Notes: generated from the letters alone by a model not told the origin. A stretch of DNA of 59,207 bases from Octopus bimaculoides (GCF_001194135.2 NC_068996.1:25415328-25474534), one strand, 5' to 3'; numbered from the stretch's first letter, positions 1-12,133 are shown. Program-made: numbers and translations.

Positions 1-44
<44 letters not shown>
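1..44. repeat. (AT)n microsatellite
   Basis: Pure AT dinucleotide run at the window start. Confidence 0.95.
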
Positions 45-52
<8 letters not shown>

Positions 53-660
53 TCACTTTCCCTCCTCTTTTCACTTCACTGTGTCCCCATCATTTTTTCT
101 CACCCCTCCTTAATTCTATCCCTCTGCATCTACCTCTCTCTCTTCTTTTCCCACGTAACCAGTGTTCTGCCAAGCCTGACCTTTCTTTCTTGGTTCAGCC
201 ATCATCTGTGCAACATCTATATTCCTGTGCCTGTGAAATCTTGTATCCTTGCCATAAGGCTTTACTTTCACACACGCCAGTTTCATTTAATTTGTCCTTA
301 GTCGAAAGACACCTGTTGTTATGTCCAGTTATTTGTATTTGTGTAACATTCTCCGTTTTTTTGTCCATCCTTGTTTCCGTATATATTCACTGCTTTCTTC
401 CAAAGAATCTAATGCTCTTAGCTTAGTTTTTCCTTGGGGCTGGCCAGATTAGAGCAATCTTGAGTATAACCAGCCAAAATTGCAAAGATAATCTGGAACT
501 CGACTGAGGAAAGAAAACTCCGAATGACCCGTCCTTGTTTTCTTTGTATCGTCTATCTGGATGTTTTATTGTCCCTTTTTCGTATCACCTAACTGTCTGG
601 ATGTTTTGCGTTCTTGTCCCATTTTGTATTTTTTATATATAATACATATATATACATACA

Positions 661-710
<50 letters not shown>

Positions 711-712
<2 letters not shown>

Positions 713-1092
713 GTTATATTTCAGGATGGTCATTTAAAAAATTTCTTGCCAAGTAAACACATGCACTATGTATTCATTCATCACTTGTTTATTATTGTTC
801 TTATTTTATCTTCTGTTCATTTTCTGGATATCTTTCATCACATATCTGTGACCTCTTTAGCAGCTCTTCTATCCCATGTGTATCGTCCTGTTTTGTTTAG
901 TTCATTTTCTAATGCACTAAGCAGAACAGGAGGATACATGTGGATGGAAGAGTTGTTGAAGAGGTCACAGATGTGTGACAAAAGATTTGCAGACAATGGA
1001 CATAGGATAAAATAATAAACAAGTGATGAACAAATACATTGTGTGTGTGTTTACTTGGCAAGAAATAGAAAATGACCATCCTGAAACATCAA
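711..1092. mobile_element. Foldback / MITE-like imperfect palindrome (~380 bp)
   Basis: tttcaggatggtcatt...cttgccaagtaaacac (~719-760) is the reverse complement of gtgtttacttggcaag...aatgaccatcctgaaac (~1047-1087). Inner segments also pair (catcacttgtttattatt/aataataaacaagtgatg; atctgtgacctctt/aagaggtcacagat). Centre near 909. Confidence 0.8.
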
Positions 1093-1231
1093 TATGTCCA
1101 CCAATTACATCTCTACTGAGGCTTTCCCAATAGTATGTATGACTCTGTGTGTATGTGTGTGTGTGTGATTTTTATTTTAATATATACACACTATTGGGAA
1201 AGCTTCAGTAGAAATGTAGGTGGTGGGCATA
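1093..1231. repeat. Small inverted repeat (~42-bp arms) around a TG microsatellite
   Basis: tatgtccaccaattacatctctactgaggctttcccaatagt (~1093-1134) vs actattgggaaagcttcagtagaaatgtaggtggtgggcata (~1189-1230). Confidence 0.75.
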
Positions 1232-2314
1232 ATTCCTTGAAATTCACTGAAGATGATTGGCAAGTCTGCAAAAGATTTTTCATTGTCTCTATTCAGATTG
1301 CCATGTCATCTGCTAGATGCCTGCTCCAATTACAGTCACACTGATGTAATCTACTAGTTACCTACTCCTATTACATTCATTCTGACATCATCTACTAGTT
1401 GCTCGCTCCTATTGCAGTGACTCTTGACATCATCCACTTGATTAGTCATATAACTGTTTGAATCTCTATAAAATTCATTCAATATCATTTATTTACAGAC
1501 AAATCACTGGCACCACATTCCACCCCACAACAAACAGGATTTCATATCTGAAATGCTTTTGATCATGTGTCTATTCGTTCAGTCTAACCTGAAGCCAAGC
1601 AACAACATCTTTACATGCGTGATCGAATTTGGGAGCTTTTCTGTGGTCCAGCTAGAAACAGGATCCAAATCTCCTTCAAATCATACCTTACTGTTTTAAA
1701 ATTAGAACATATTAGATGGTGTAGTCCTAGATACTCTATTGTTCATTCATTTACTCGGCAAAGTTAACATGCAAATAAATAAATAACCTCAGTGGGATTC
1801 GAACTCAGAGCGTAGAGAATTGGAAAAAATACTTCAAGGCATTCTATCCAACACTAACGACTTGACCATATCATTGCCTTCATAATCCTGCTTAACTGTT
1901 TTCATATCTATCCACCTGAAACTGACTTGGTTCTATGATACAAACTTTCAGTTTTAAAGTAATTTGATAATACATATTCCAAACATCAGCTCTTCATTAT
2001 TTTCAAAATAATTGAAATATGGTGTAAAAGTTTGATAGTTGTTATATTTGTCATAGAGACTTTAGTCTCTCTCTATCACCATTCAACAGCATTATATATG
2101 AAGAGACATTAGAACAATTAACAACATAATAAAAAGGTTTTATTTATGACTATGATACTTGGTTTCACAATTTCTGTCATTCAGCTTAGCAGCCGCTGAT
2201 TAGGTTGTAGTTTGGTAATGGAAGGTTAAGGGCTTCCTTGATGCCTGCAAGAGAACGGTGTAAAAGTGCTTCGTGGAGGAGCGAGGTGTTGTTACGTAGA
2301 AGGTCTCAGGCTCA

Positions 2315-2460
2315 ACTCACCGAGATAATGAAAGTAACTGCATAAGTACGAGTTTTACTACGTATGCGCAACTTGAGGGGCTTCCGGTGGTGAAGTCCCC
2401 TGCGCATGCGCAGAATAGTACTTCCTCAATGGCGGCTATAATTTCACGCCACTACAATGG
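2315..2460. promoter_or_regulatory. Candidate CpG-rich promoter (NRF1/ETS/YY1-like motifs) with a minus-strand first-exon donor
   Basis: Perfect palindrome TGCGCATGCGCA 2401-2412, CTTCCGGT 2381-2388, AATGGCGGC 2428-2436, and a minus-strand donor CG|GTGAGT at 2315-2320. CpG-rich island in AT-rich flanks. Confidence 0.45.
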
Positions 2461-2479
2461 TAGCAAAAAGGTTAAAGAA

Positions 2480-2730
2480 GTCTATATTAAAACCTTCCAT
2501 CAAAATTCCATGTGAATTTGTTTTCAGTACAAGAATAATGTCAGAGTTATTTTATTAAATTCTTTGTAATTTTCAAAATTAATTGAAACAAAAGCAGTAT
2601 TTCAACAAAAATATGGTTATAAAAGAGTTAAAGCCTTCCATTAGAAATTCAATGGTCCTAACACCAGATTAATAATGACAAGGTTGTTTTACTAAATTCT
2701 TCATGATATTTGAAAATTAATTGAAATAAT
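2480..2730 (+). mobile_element. Two tandem fragments of a piggyBac-like MITE family
   Basis: aaaaccttccat...ttactaaattct...aattgaaacaaaagcagt...aatatggt..aaaagagttaa recurs here and at 31802-32029, ~32130-32265 and ~34770-34890. Confidence 0.55.
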
Positions 2731-2864
2731 TGAAGTAATATTATTAATCAATTCACTAAAATTTTCACATCATCAAATAATTATTTATAATTAGATTTTT
2801 TCTTTTTGATTTTAATGCTCCCTACATCAAATAAGTTAAAAATAAATAAAGCACCCTTCTCAAA

Positions 2865-3040
2865 CCTTATGGATTCATAAGGGCTGGTTTCCTTGTTTCT
2901 GTGGCACACAGACACACACACACACACACATATTTACCCACTGGATGGAACATCAATTCATTGCAGGATTATTTATGTTTGACAGCTGAGTGGATTGGAG
3001 CAACATGAAATCAAATGTTTTGCTCAAGAACAATACACTT
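2865..3040 (-). mobile_element. Degenerate tRNA-derived SINE (Nin-domain-like core)
   Basis: The reverse complement contains ttgagcaa...ttgctccaatccactcagct...aatcctgcaatg, matching the plus-strand copy at ~50045-50290. Confidence 0.5.
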
Positions 3041-4119
3041 CATATTGCCTGCTGTAATACAACTTGTATGTATTAAATGGGCAGAGAAACAGATGCACAC
3101 ATGTGCACACATGTACACACACATGCACATACTCATATGTGCATGTGCACACATACACATAAACACACACATGATAATATACGTATTCCTAAAACAATGT
3201 TTAAAATGTCATGTAGCAGCAATGATTTTCAATAAAGATATTCAGGTTAGTACCACACCCAATACATGAGTCATATTTTTATGTCTACTGTCACACAGTA
3301 AAAAAACATAAATAAAATACTTTTGGTTGCTGTATTTTCAGCCATAAGTAATGACATTAAGATGCCTGATGTAATGTTGTATCCAATGGCAACATAAGCT
3401 ATCCACGGTTACCATTGATAACAAAAGCAAAATCTGTAAATGAAATTGAAAGCAAAATAAACCGAAGTCAGAGAGTTTCTTTTGTGTGATTTTATTATGT
3501 CGGTCAGGGAAGCCTGGTTCAAGTCTTGGGTAGTGTTTTTTCAGTTCAAGAGTTTTTTTTTTTATCTAATTTATTATGAACTATTATTTATTGTTACATT
3601 CACATTAAAGATACTTTATACGTAAAAGAGACTTTTTTTTAATATGTTCTAAATATAAACAAACTTCTCTCATTTGTATGATTAATTTGGGCAGTAGAAA
3701 GTATGAGAATTTCTTTGAAATAACGGCATCATGACCACTCAGAATATGATAAATGTAAGGTTTGAATCCTGCTGGTAACTGTCCCGTTTTCATATCCAAG
3801 CACTAGTGAGGCCTGAAAGACTGAGATCCTCATTTGACTGAGTGGGCCTTCAGTAGAGAGTAGGGTGACTTTATGTTATCATAGATAAGAGATTAAAGTG
3901 TGAAAGAAGGTGCCAGAATAGAACAGACTTCCAGCTGTAGAGGAGCCACATAGGTACTCATGTTATGGAAGAGAAGGTGGAAGCAATTAAAGCAGAGATG
4001 GAAAGAGATAAAGATAGTGGTGATGAGGTGTCAAAGTGGACATCAAAAGTACAAGGTGAGTAGAAATGAGAGGGAGATAGGAGAGGAGAGAGGTAGGAGA
4101 GGAGGGAGATAGGAGAGTG

Positions 4120-4990
4120 TGTGTGCTGGGTGCTTTTAACATGGCACCAGCATGAGCACTTTTACATGACATTGACACAAGTGCTTTTTATGAGGTACTG
4201 GCACAGGACTCTTGTAGACCAACCCTCTTCCCCAGGGGGTGTGGCCTTAACATTTCTCCTGTGGAGTATGGGTCTTCTTGAGTACCACAAGGTAGCAGGT
4301 ACCTCAGTCCTTTGTCATCTCATCTGAAAGGTTCAGCATCCTGAGGTTGTACCTCATCACATGTCTTCCTGGATCTCCCTCTTCCATGAGTTCCATCCAC
4401 TTTGAGAGATTGGCACTTCTTTATGGAGCTGACAGCATCTGTCCACATCACATGAACAAACTAGCACAGTCTTCTCTCTTTCACACTGCATCTAATACCT
4501 CTTATGCCTAACTTTTCTTTCAATACACTAGCACTCTGTCAGACAAGTACACTTAGATCACATGTCCAGTGGAGCATACTAGCTTCATTCCTCTCTAGCC
4601 TTCACATGTACTCTGCATTCAGGGCCCGTGTCTCATTTCCATGCAGAATTGCTGTTTGTATACATGCATCATGTAATCTTCCTTTCACTTGGAGAGAGAG
4701 AGACCTTTGGTTGCCAACAGAGGTAAAAGCTCTCTGAATTTTCTCCATCCTATTATTACTAATTTGGTTCCCCAGGTAGCAGAAATTATCCACTACCTCT
4801 AATGAGCCTCCAGGCTTTGAAGGACCCTTGAGAGCTTCCACAACCTCCTGTTCCATATAAGCTTGTGTCTCTGGATCCTTCTGGAGCGAAGACTGAAGTC
4901 ACTAGCCATTAGCTTATGTTGAGTTGTGCATTCTTCACCTGGGAAAGATTTTGCATTTATGAGCATAGACCTGTCCCTGTGTCTGGTGAG
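4120..4990 (-). mobile_element. RTE-clade LINE remnant, internally deleted
   Basis: Minus frames give the endonuclease C-terminus (KSFPGEECTTQHKL..SDF) joined near 4815-4830 to the post-RT region (LEVVDNFCYLGNQIS...RLHDACIQTAILHGNETRAL). Same family as 54580-54800 and 57545-58440. Confidence 0.75.
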
Positions 4991-5529
4991 GTGGAGTTGT
5001 TAGCTTTGAGCAAAGAAATATTCTATATAGCTTCTCATGCGCTATGCACAACACCAGCTGTGCTCTCTCCCCACCTTTCCTGCAGCCTTCTCAACCACAT
5101 ATCAGCTTGTTAACTATATCCTTATTACTATCCCCCTGCTCCACCTCCCACTCTCTTCTGTATCTGTCTACCTTACATGACCAATGCACTATTGGTCAGT
5201 CCCTATTCTTTATCCATCACCCCTTACATACATCCTTCAACCTTACCCAATCTTTACCATTGTTGCCTGCCTTATCTACCTTTTATCCCATTCCCCTATC
5301 TCTTACTCCTTAATCAATCACACTCTTGCAATTCTCCATCTGCCAACATTCGTAGTTCCTCTGTCCTCCTCACTCACTTCTACTCACCCCATACATTCAG
5401 GAGCCACCCCAACATCTCATCATGAAGCATGGACGTTAAATGATAATGATGGTGATATATACATACACTTATTCATATACACACATATATATATTAAATA
5501 TGCATAAATACACAGGCTCACATGTGGGT

Positions 5530-6250
5530 TACAAAGCCTGCTCTTGATCTACAGCAGCAATGATGTCTGCTGCATGTGGAGCTAATTGGGACGGACACCT
5601 TTATCTTTGTGTTATGGGCGATGTCATGGCATCTCCATAGATGCTTCTAGAGAGAGCCAAAAGTCTTTGTAGCAGATTGAATTTGTCTTTCAACTATGAG
5701 GTTAGATGAGTCAGAACAAGTCACTGTGCTGGTGAGATAGGTAAAGGCCTTGGTGTACTTAAGGGGCTCTCTGTTGACTGTCACTGGCTTGAGTTTTCTC
5801 GATCTATTAGAATATTTTGGTGGGGGCTGATAGAGCAGATCAGTCTTCAAAGTGTTCATTTTGAGACCAAACATGACTGCTGCATCATAGAAGTGGTCCA
5901 CAATGTGTTGCATATTGTCAACAACTGGAGTCCATGAGAACTGAGTCGTCTGCATAGAGAAATTTCCTGATTTTGGTAGATGCACAAACACAGGTTAATT
6001 TAAAATGCTTCTTGTCTGTTCAGGTGAAGATGAAAACCTCTTTGTGCAGATCAACCCTTATGTGTCAAGTACATCTGCAAGTTACAGAGGGGAGAATGTG
6101 AAGGCATGCAGCATCCATGCTTCACACCATGGTTGACTGCAAATGCTTCACTAAATTCTCTGCCAACTGAGGCTAGCTAGTTCTTTCATTCTTGTGTGGA
6201 ACTGCTTGATGATGTTAACAGGATTCTCTCCAACAGTTTCCAAAAAGCTT
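5530..6250 (-). mobile_element. RTE-clade LINE RT fragment (pseudogene)
   Basis: HGVKHGCCMP (RT motif), FGLKMNTLKTDLLYQPPP, FTYLTSTV, LWRCHDIAHNTKIKV; disrupted by stops and frameshifts. Confidence 0.75.
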
Positions 6251-6329
6251 GTTGACCCAACTGTTCAATTTGTCTCAGCATAGAACATGGAGGTTAAATT
6301 ATGATAATGATGATCAGGTCAAGTCAGAT

Positions 6330-6770
6330 TTTGGGGTATGGCTCTTTGTGTACTTATTCAATGCAAGCAGAGCTTTAAGCAGGGGCTTCTTGCAGCCTAT
6401 GTTGATCTCTGCAAAGTGTTTGACTCAGTTAACAGCAATGTATTTCGAGGATTCAGGAGCTGTGTGGTATACCTATTCAACTGGTTGGGCTGATGATGGC
6501 CTTATACACGAGAACAGTCAATGCTGTTTGGATTGGGGGCTCAATATGACTTTTGCTAGTTAGATCTGGGGTCCTTCAGAGGCATCTTAGTTCCCACTCT
6601 GTTCAATGCCTGCATTGGATTGGACACTTGGATTTGATACTTGGCTAAATGATGGCTTGATTGAGTTGTGGTGCACTCATTGGTGAAACTAGGATTGCAG
6701 ACCTAGATTTTGCTTATGATGTAGTTATTCTTGCTGAGTCTCTGGATGTCTTAAGGAACACTCTCTTTTT
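6330..6770 (+). mobile_element. LINE (RTE-like) reverse transcriptase fragment
   Basis: Plus frames: LAAYVDLCKVFDSVN, LVPTLFNACI and RIADLDFAYDVVILAESL (degenerate FADD motif). Confidence 0.7.
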
Positions 6771-6859
6771 GGTGAGTGAGAAAGCAGAACCACTTGACCA
6801 TAGTCACTTTGGTTAAGACATGTAGAGATAAAGTACACATGTACACACACACACCAGTA

Positions 6860-7050
6860 TATCTTTTATCTTTTACTTCAGTCATTAGACTGTGGCTATG
6901 CTGGGACACCATCTTGAAGTTTCAGTTGAATGAATCAATCCCAGTACATTCTTCTACTTATTCTATCGGTCTTTTTTTGCTGAACCACTAAGTTACAGGG
7001 ATGTAAGCACACCAACACTGGTTGTTGAGTAGACAAACACACACACACAT
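6860..7050 (-). mobile_element. SINE 3' fragment
   Basis: ttcagtcattagactgtggctatgctgg...ttattctatcggtc...ccactaagttacagggatgtaagcacacc is the reverse complement of the SINE at 51008-51395. Confidence 0.7.
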
Positions 7051-7055
7051 ATATA

Positions 7056-8349
7056 GTGGGTCATCCCATAAATAATGCAGTTTTTTCAATTGCATGAACT
7101 AAAAGTTGGAGGGGGACAGGATAAACTACCTGCATCAACATTCAATAAAAAGTAGTAATTTTATCAGGTAGTAATTTTACCTTGTCCTTATTCTTAGTGC
7201 AAGTTTTGAAGAGTGCAGTTCGATTTTAACGGTTATTTTTTTCAAAGCTATAATGGAAGTGACAAAGGAGCATATTTGGCATATTTTGCTTTATGAGTTC
7301 AATAAAGGCAACAATGCATCAGAAAGTACAAGGAATATTAATGAAGTATATGGGGATTAGACAATAAGCATAAGACAGTTTCAACGGTCGTTCCAGAAAT
7401 TCCAAGCCAGAAACTATAGCCTAGAAGACAAGCCTTGTCCTGGAAGATCTGTAGAGCTTGACGAGGACGTCCTGCAAACCCTAGTGGAACAAAATCCATT
7501 GTAACTGTTGAGGAACTAGCAGAGAAGCTTGGATTTGGTCATTCAACCATTCATCAACACCTGTGTGTCATCGGAAAAGTCAGCAAATTGGGTCAATGGG
7601 TTCCTCACAAAATTTCTGAGTCTAATCATGTGCTGAGAGTGAATGTGCGCTCTTCCTTGCTGTCACATCTCATGAATGATGTTTTTTAGACCAAATAGTG
7701 ACTGTTGATGAGAAATGGGTTCTCTATAAAAATGTCATGGGCTGAAGACAGTGGGTAGGGTAAGGAGAAACACCAGCACCCCAGGCTAAAGGAGGTCTTC
7801 ACCCACATAAGGTGTTGTTATCTGTTTGGTGGGATATGAAAAGTTTAGTCCACTTTGAACTTTAAAACTCAAACCAAATGATAACAAAGGAGATCTAATG
7901 TGAGCAGCTTGAACAGCTTAAGTCAGTTCTAGAAGAAAAACGACCATCTTAGGTTTCACGATGAAAGGTGTTCTTTCATCAGGATAATGCTCAGCTACAT
8001 ACAGCGAAGATGACATTCCAAAGGCTGGAACAGTTTGAATGGGAAACGATGTCCCGCCCACCATATTTGCTGGACATTGCCCCATCTTATTATTATTTAT
8101 TCTGCAGTCTTCAAAGTCATTGACAGAAAAAATATGAATTCTGTAGATGAGGTCAAAACAGTAGTGGAGGAGTATTTTTCCTCACAGACAAGTGAATTTT
8201 GGAAGAGGGGCCTTACAAGTCTACCAGATAGATGGAAGAGCATTGCAGAAAATGAAGGAGAGTATATTTTAGATTAAAAAATAACTTTATCTTGATTTTG
8301 TAAAATAAAAAAAATATCAAAAAACTGCATTATTTATGGGATGACCCAA
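7056..8349 (+). mobile_element. Full-length mariner (Tc1/mariner, DD34D type) DNA transposon
   Basis: ~30-bp TIRs gtgggtcatcccataaataatgcagtttttt / aaaaaactgcattatttatgggatgacccaa, TA flanks at 7054-55 and 8350-51, length 1294 bp. Confidence 0.95.
7253..8277 (+). pseudogene. Mariner transposase pseudogene
   Basis: MEVTKEHIWHILLYEFNKGNNA..., WVPH (~7597), VTVDEKW, HQDNA, DIAPSY (third catalytic Asp appears as Tyr) and the C-terminus LPDRWKSIAENEGEYILD*. In-frame TAG near 7357 plus frameshifts. Confidence 0.92.
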
Positions 8350-8790
8350 TATGTATCTACAATAAGCTTTTTTCAGTTTACAAGGCTTTGGTCAACCTAA
8401 GGCTTGCTTAAGGTGTCATGCAAGAACCATGAGGTTGGGAAGCAAGCTTCTTACCACACAGCCACACCAATGCCAATATATATATATATATATGATGATT
8501 TCTTCATCTTGACAGATGATAGCCATCCCAGTAACACACACACTTCACACAACATCCCTCCATTGATGAGCCCTCAAATGATTCTTAAGACCAGTTACTG
8601 ACTGATAGATATCATTCAAATTTCTTCTATATCTTTGCCCTTTGGAATCTGATTCTGAACATATGTCTTTTTAAGTTCAGATATTGTCTGTGATTTATAC
8701 GTTTTGTGATATATGACTCAAGTTGTAAGAGGTGGTTGGGGTTCCTGCCTGGGCATTTCGATTCTCATGTCCTATACGTATATATATATA

Positions 8791-9088
8791 NNNNNNNNNN
8801 NNNNNNNNNNNNNNNNNNNNNNNNNNNNNNNNNNNNNNNNNNNNNNNNNNNNNNNNNNNNNNNNNNNNNNNNNNNNNNNNNNNNNNNNNNNNNNNNNNNN
8901 NNNNNNNNNNNNNNNNNNNNNNNNNNNNNNNNNNNNNNNNNNNNNNNNNNNNNNNNNNNNNNNNNNNNNNNNNNNNNNNNNNNNNNNNNNNNNNNNNNNN
9001 NNNNNNNNNNNNNNNNNNNNNNNNNNNNNNNNNNNNNNNNNNNNNNNNNNNNNNNNNNNNNNNNNNNNNNNNNNNNNNNNNNNNNNNN
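8791..9088. other. Assembly gap (other gaps: 12437-13228, 15954-16045, 20455-21074, 45729-46199, 47109-47601, 48962-49266)
   Basis: Runs of N. Confidence 0.99.
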
Positions 9089-9272
9089 CGTGCGGGTGAC
9101 ACGTAAAAGCACCCACTACACTCTCTGAGTGGTTGGCGTTAGGAAGGGCATCCAGCTGTAGAAACTCTGCCAAATCAGACTGGAGCCTGGTGTTGCCATC
9201 CGGTTTCACCAGTCCTCAGTCAAATCGTCCAACCCATGCTAGCATGGAAAGTGGACGTTAAACGATGATGAT
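9089..9272 (+). mobile_element. RTE LINE 3' end with (GAT)n tail
   Basis: ...ccaacccatgctagcatggaaagtggacgttaaacgatgatgat; near-identical reverse complement at 55281-55480. Confidence 0.8.
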
Positions 9273-10011
9273 ATATAAAATCAAAATAAGCAACAGGATA
9301 TTCAGTAGTGATGCAGTAAAACCGTTTCAAACGGCTCCATTTAATTGAACAAGGCAATCATTACATCAATTTAAATGCAGTGTTATTATCTTCAGCTTCA
9401 CGAATAAATAAATGGAAGTTTAACAAGTAGGACACATTAATGTAATTTTTCTTAAATATTTTAACAGAGCAAGAAGATGTAAGAAATTCATGTTGTTGCT
9501 ATTGTAGCTAAGAATAGACCACAACTTCTAAGAATTGCATGGAGCATAGTGGGATCATAGGATTGTAATTCATTTATCTCATTACCAATACTAAATCTAA
9601 GACTAAAAGACTGTGTCTATTTTGAACAAAGGATAAGAGTGAGTTTACAGCTTGTGGCTAGGTATGGTCATGAATATTAGCACGTGTATCACTTTTCCCC
9701 AAGGAGGAAATGAGACATTAGGAGTAGTCAGTTGGATATAAGTAACTGTCTATAAAAAGAGGCAGGGTAGGAGTAGACTTTAAATCATGATGTTAATTAT
9801 CAGTTAAAGGGGTAAGATGCTAAGAAACCTATGATGTTAATACAGAGGAAATTTTATTTAAAGGCACTATGGGGGATTGTTTATAAACAACATTATGTTG
9901 TATAAAAATAAAATTTAAGAATTAAAAAAATGATATTGTAACCAAAATAGATAAAAGGTGTATATATATCAATTATAAACATTAAAAAGGAAGTTCTATA
10001 TTTAAGCCCAT

Positions 10012-10101
10012 GAGTATATGGTGTAGTGGTTAAGAGCGCGGGCTACTAACCCCAAGATTCCGAGTTCGATTCCAGGCAATGACCTGAATAATAATAATAA
10101 C

Positions 10102-10142
<41 letters not shown>

Positions 10143-10146
10143 CAAC
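10012..10146 (+). mobile_element. Short tRNA-derived SINE with (AAT)n tail
   Basis: A box TGGTGTAGTGG (10019-29) and B box GTTCGATTCC (10064-73), followed directly by (AAT)n/(AAC)n. Confidence 0.8.
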
Positions 10147-10159
10147 AACATATATATAT

Positions 10160-10738
10160 CCCACTAGTCTCCTGAAGGAATGTAGACACCAACTTGCAGT
10201 CCCTCTGACCAACCTCTGGAGGAATTCTTTAGACTCAGGTTATATACCCAAACAACTCCTATCCCAGTCTGTCATCCCGGTTTTCAAACAGGGAAACAGA
10301 TCCCATACTCTCTTCCTTCAGGGGAACTGCTTACAGCATCTAATAATATCAGAGACCTAGGAGTAATTGTTGATAACAATCTCAGTTGGAGTGTCCACTT
10401 CAACAATAAGGTCGATATAGCTAGTGGGATGAGCTCCTGGATCTTAAGAACCTTCCGGTCCAGAGAACAAGGTGTTATCATTCCACTTTTCTCCTCCTTT
10501 GTACGGTCACACCTCGAATACTGCTGCCCTCTGTGGTCTCCCCAGACAAAACAAAACATCTCGAAAATTGAATCACCCTAAAGAGCATTCACTAAATGAA
10601 TTAAGGGTATGACTGATCTCAATTACTTGGACTGCCTTAAAGCCTTGAAACTACTCTCTCCAGGGCCGCTGTGAGCGGTACATCATTTGCATGAGGTGGA
10701 GAATATACTGCCAGCATTACCCAAACAACCTGAACATT
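10160..10738 (+). mobile_element. CR1-like LINE remnant with RT core deleted
   Basis: LKECRHQLAVPLTNLWRNSLDSG..VIPVFKQGNRS joined near 10302 to RDLGVIVDNNLSW..FVRSHLEYCCPLWSP. Confidence 0.8.
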
Positions 10739-10865
10739 AGCCCATGACACTGTATGGACCCTAAGTAAAGCATGTGTAAAATTTGAAGGAAATCGGTTGA
10801 GTAGTTCTCGAGTTTTAGTGATGCGCACATACAGACACACAGATGCTCAGTTTTATACATATAGA
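10739..10865 (+). mobile_element. Helitron/Helentron-like non-autonomous 3' end
   Basis: aaatttgaaggaaatcggttgagtagttctcgagtt...catacagacacacaga...ttttatacatatagat resembles rolling-circle element ends (recognised by pattern only). Confidence 0.45.
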
Positions 10866-12133
10866 TAATAAGAAATACACATGAACAACATATAAAGTGA
10901 TAGGGGATTAAAATTAGAGGTAGGGAAGAGATAAAGGTAACTCGAAAAGATGGGGTGATAGGTATGGAAGTAATGAGGGCAGTTAAAGGTATTCAGACCA
11001 AAGAGATTTTATAAGTTGTAATGTTACAGGTGTTATTGGGTGTATGATTTTATAGTTTCTAGGGGGTATATGATATAGTCAAAAGGAGACTTACTTACAT
11101 GAAGTCACTACAAATATACATAATATGATCAGTATTGTAGAATCTTATAGAAAGGAAAATAGTGTAATCACCAAAGTAGTATGAAGTCAGACGAATTAGG
11201 CAGGGGTTATCATAGGATAGTATTATATATAGTACATCACATACCACAACACATAACATATGTAATGCATTATAATTCACCATATAACATAATATCCCAT
11301 GATTTTTTATGTATTTAATACTGGAGGGTAAGTTTACAATGGATACGACACCAAAATTAATTTCCACCATGAAAGTTCAACTATGGTAACAATAATCGTT
11401 AGTTTCGAAAACACTTAAATGTTCGGGTGACGCTATGCCTTTATGATACTCTTAGGTTCAATCTATTATTAATCAGGTTGTTTTTGTCCATATACTTAAA
11501 AATATAATATAAACATACAGAAGTAGTGGGAGTATAGTGATGTTGAGGGAAAAAAATTTTAGAATAAGATAATCTTCTTGGAATTTTGTCCTAAAATTTC
11601 GACCTTACTGAAGTTATCTTCCTTGAGTGCTGTCTTTAGATTTTTTAGTTTTCCAACATGTTGCTTACTTCAAGCAAGAACATGAAGCAACTAACGGAGA
11701 TCCTACTGTAGTTAATATCTATTTAAGGGAGACAAGTGGAGATAAAGCTATCATCTTATCCGAGTTATCTTCCCTGTTTAGTTGCTTGTAGCTTTTTAAA
11801 CATCCTGGATAATCCCAATTGATCATACATATTTTGTTCTTATGTGAAGTTATATGTAACAATTTTAACATTAAATAAAGGATCACTTCATATATTTTAG
11901 TAGAATGCATATTAACTTTTACAAGATTGACAATGACTGACGTTTCAGGTTGCTCAACCTTTCCCTTGTGGAAGTTAATTTGTGTATGTGTGTTTCTGTT
12001 TAGTTTCCAGGACATTCCCTTGAGGCATTTTCCTTTCAGCCATATTATAGATAATAAGGCGGAGGTAAAGGATGTGTACACTACCCGTTTTCGGTGTTCC
12101 TTTATTATTTTTTTTTTTTTCAAAACTTTTTTT

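Noticed and set aside
495-540. Hammerhead-like CTGAGGA...CCGAA..GTC
   Set aside because: GAAT instead of GAAA, no C15.2-G16.2 pair and no convincing stem I; at best heavily decayed.
614-1015. 133-aa hydrophobic ORF and similar YIYIY/HTHT/LSLS ORFs across the window
   Set aside because: Translations of microsatellites and AT-rich repeats; no splice or domain support.
10012-10085. tRNA gene with an apparent ACT anticodon
   Set aside because: Acceptor stem does not pair and it runs into an (AAT)n tail; it is a SINE head.
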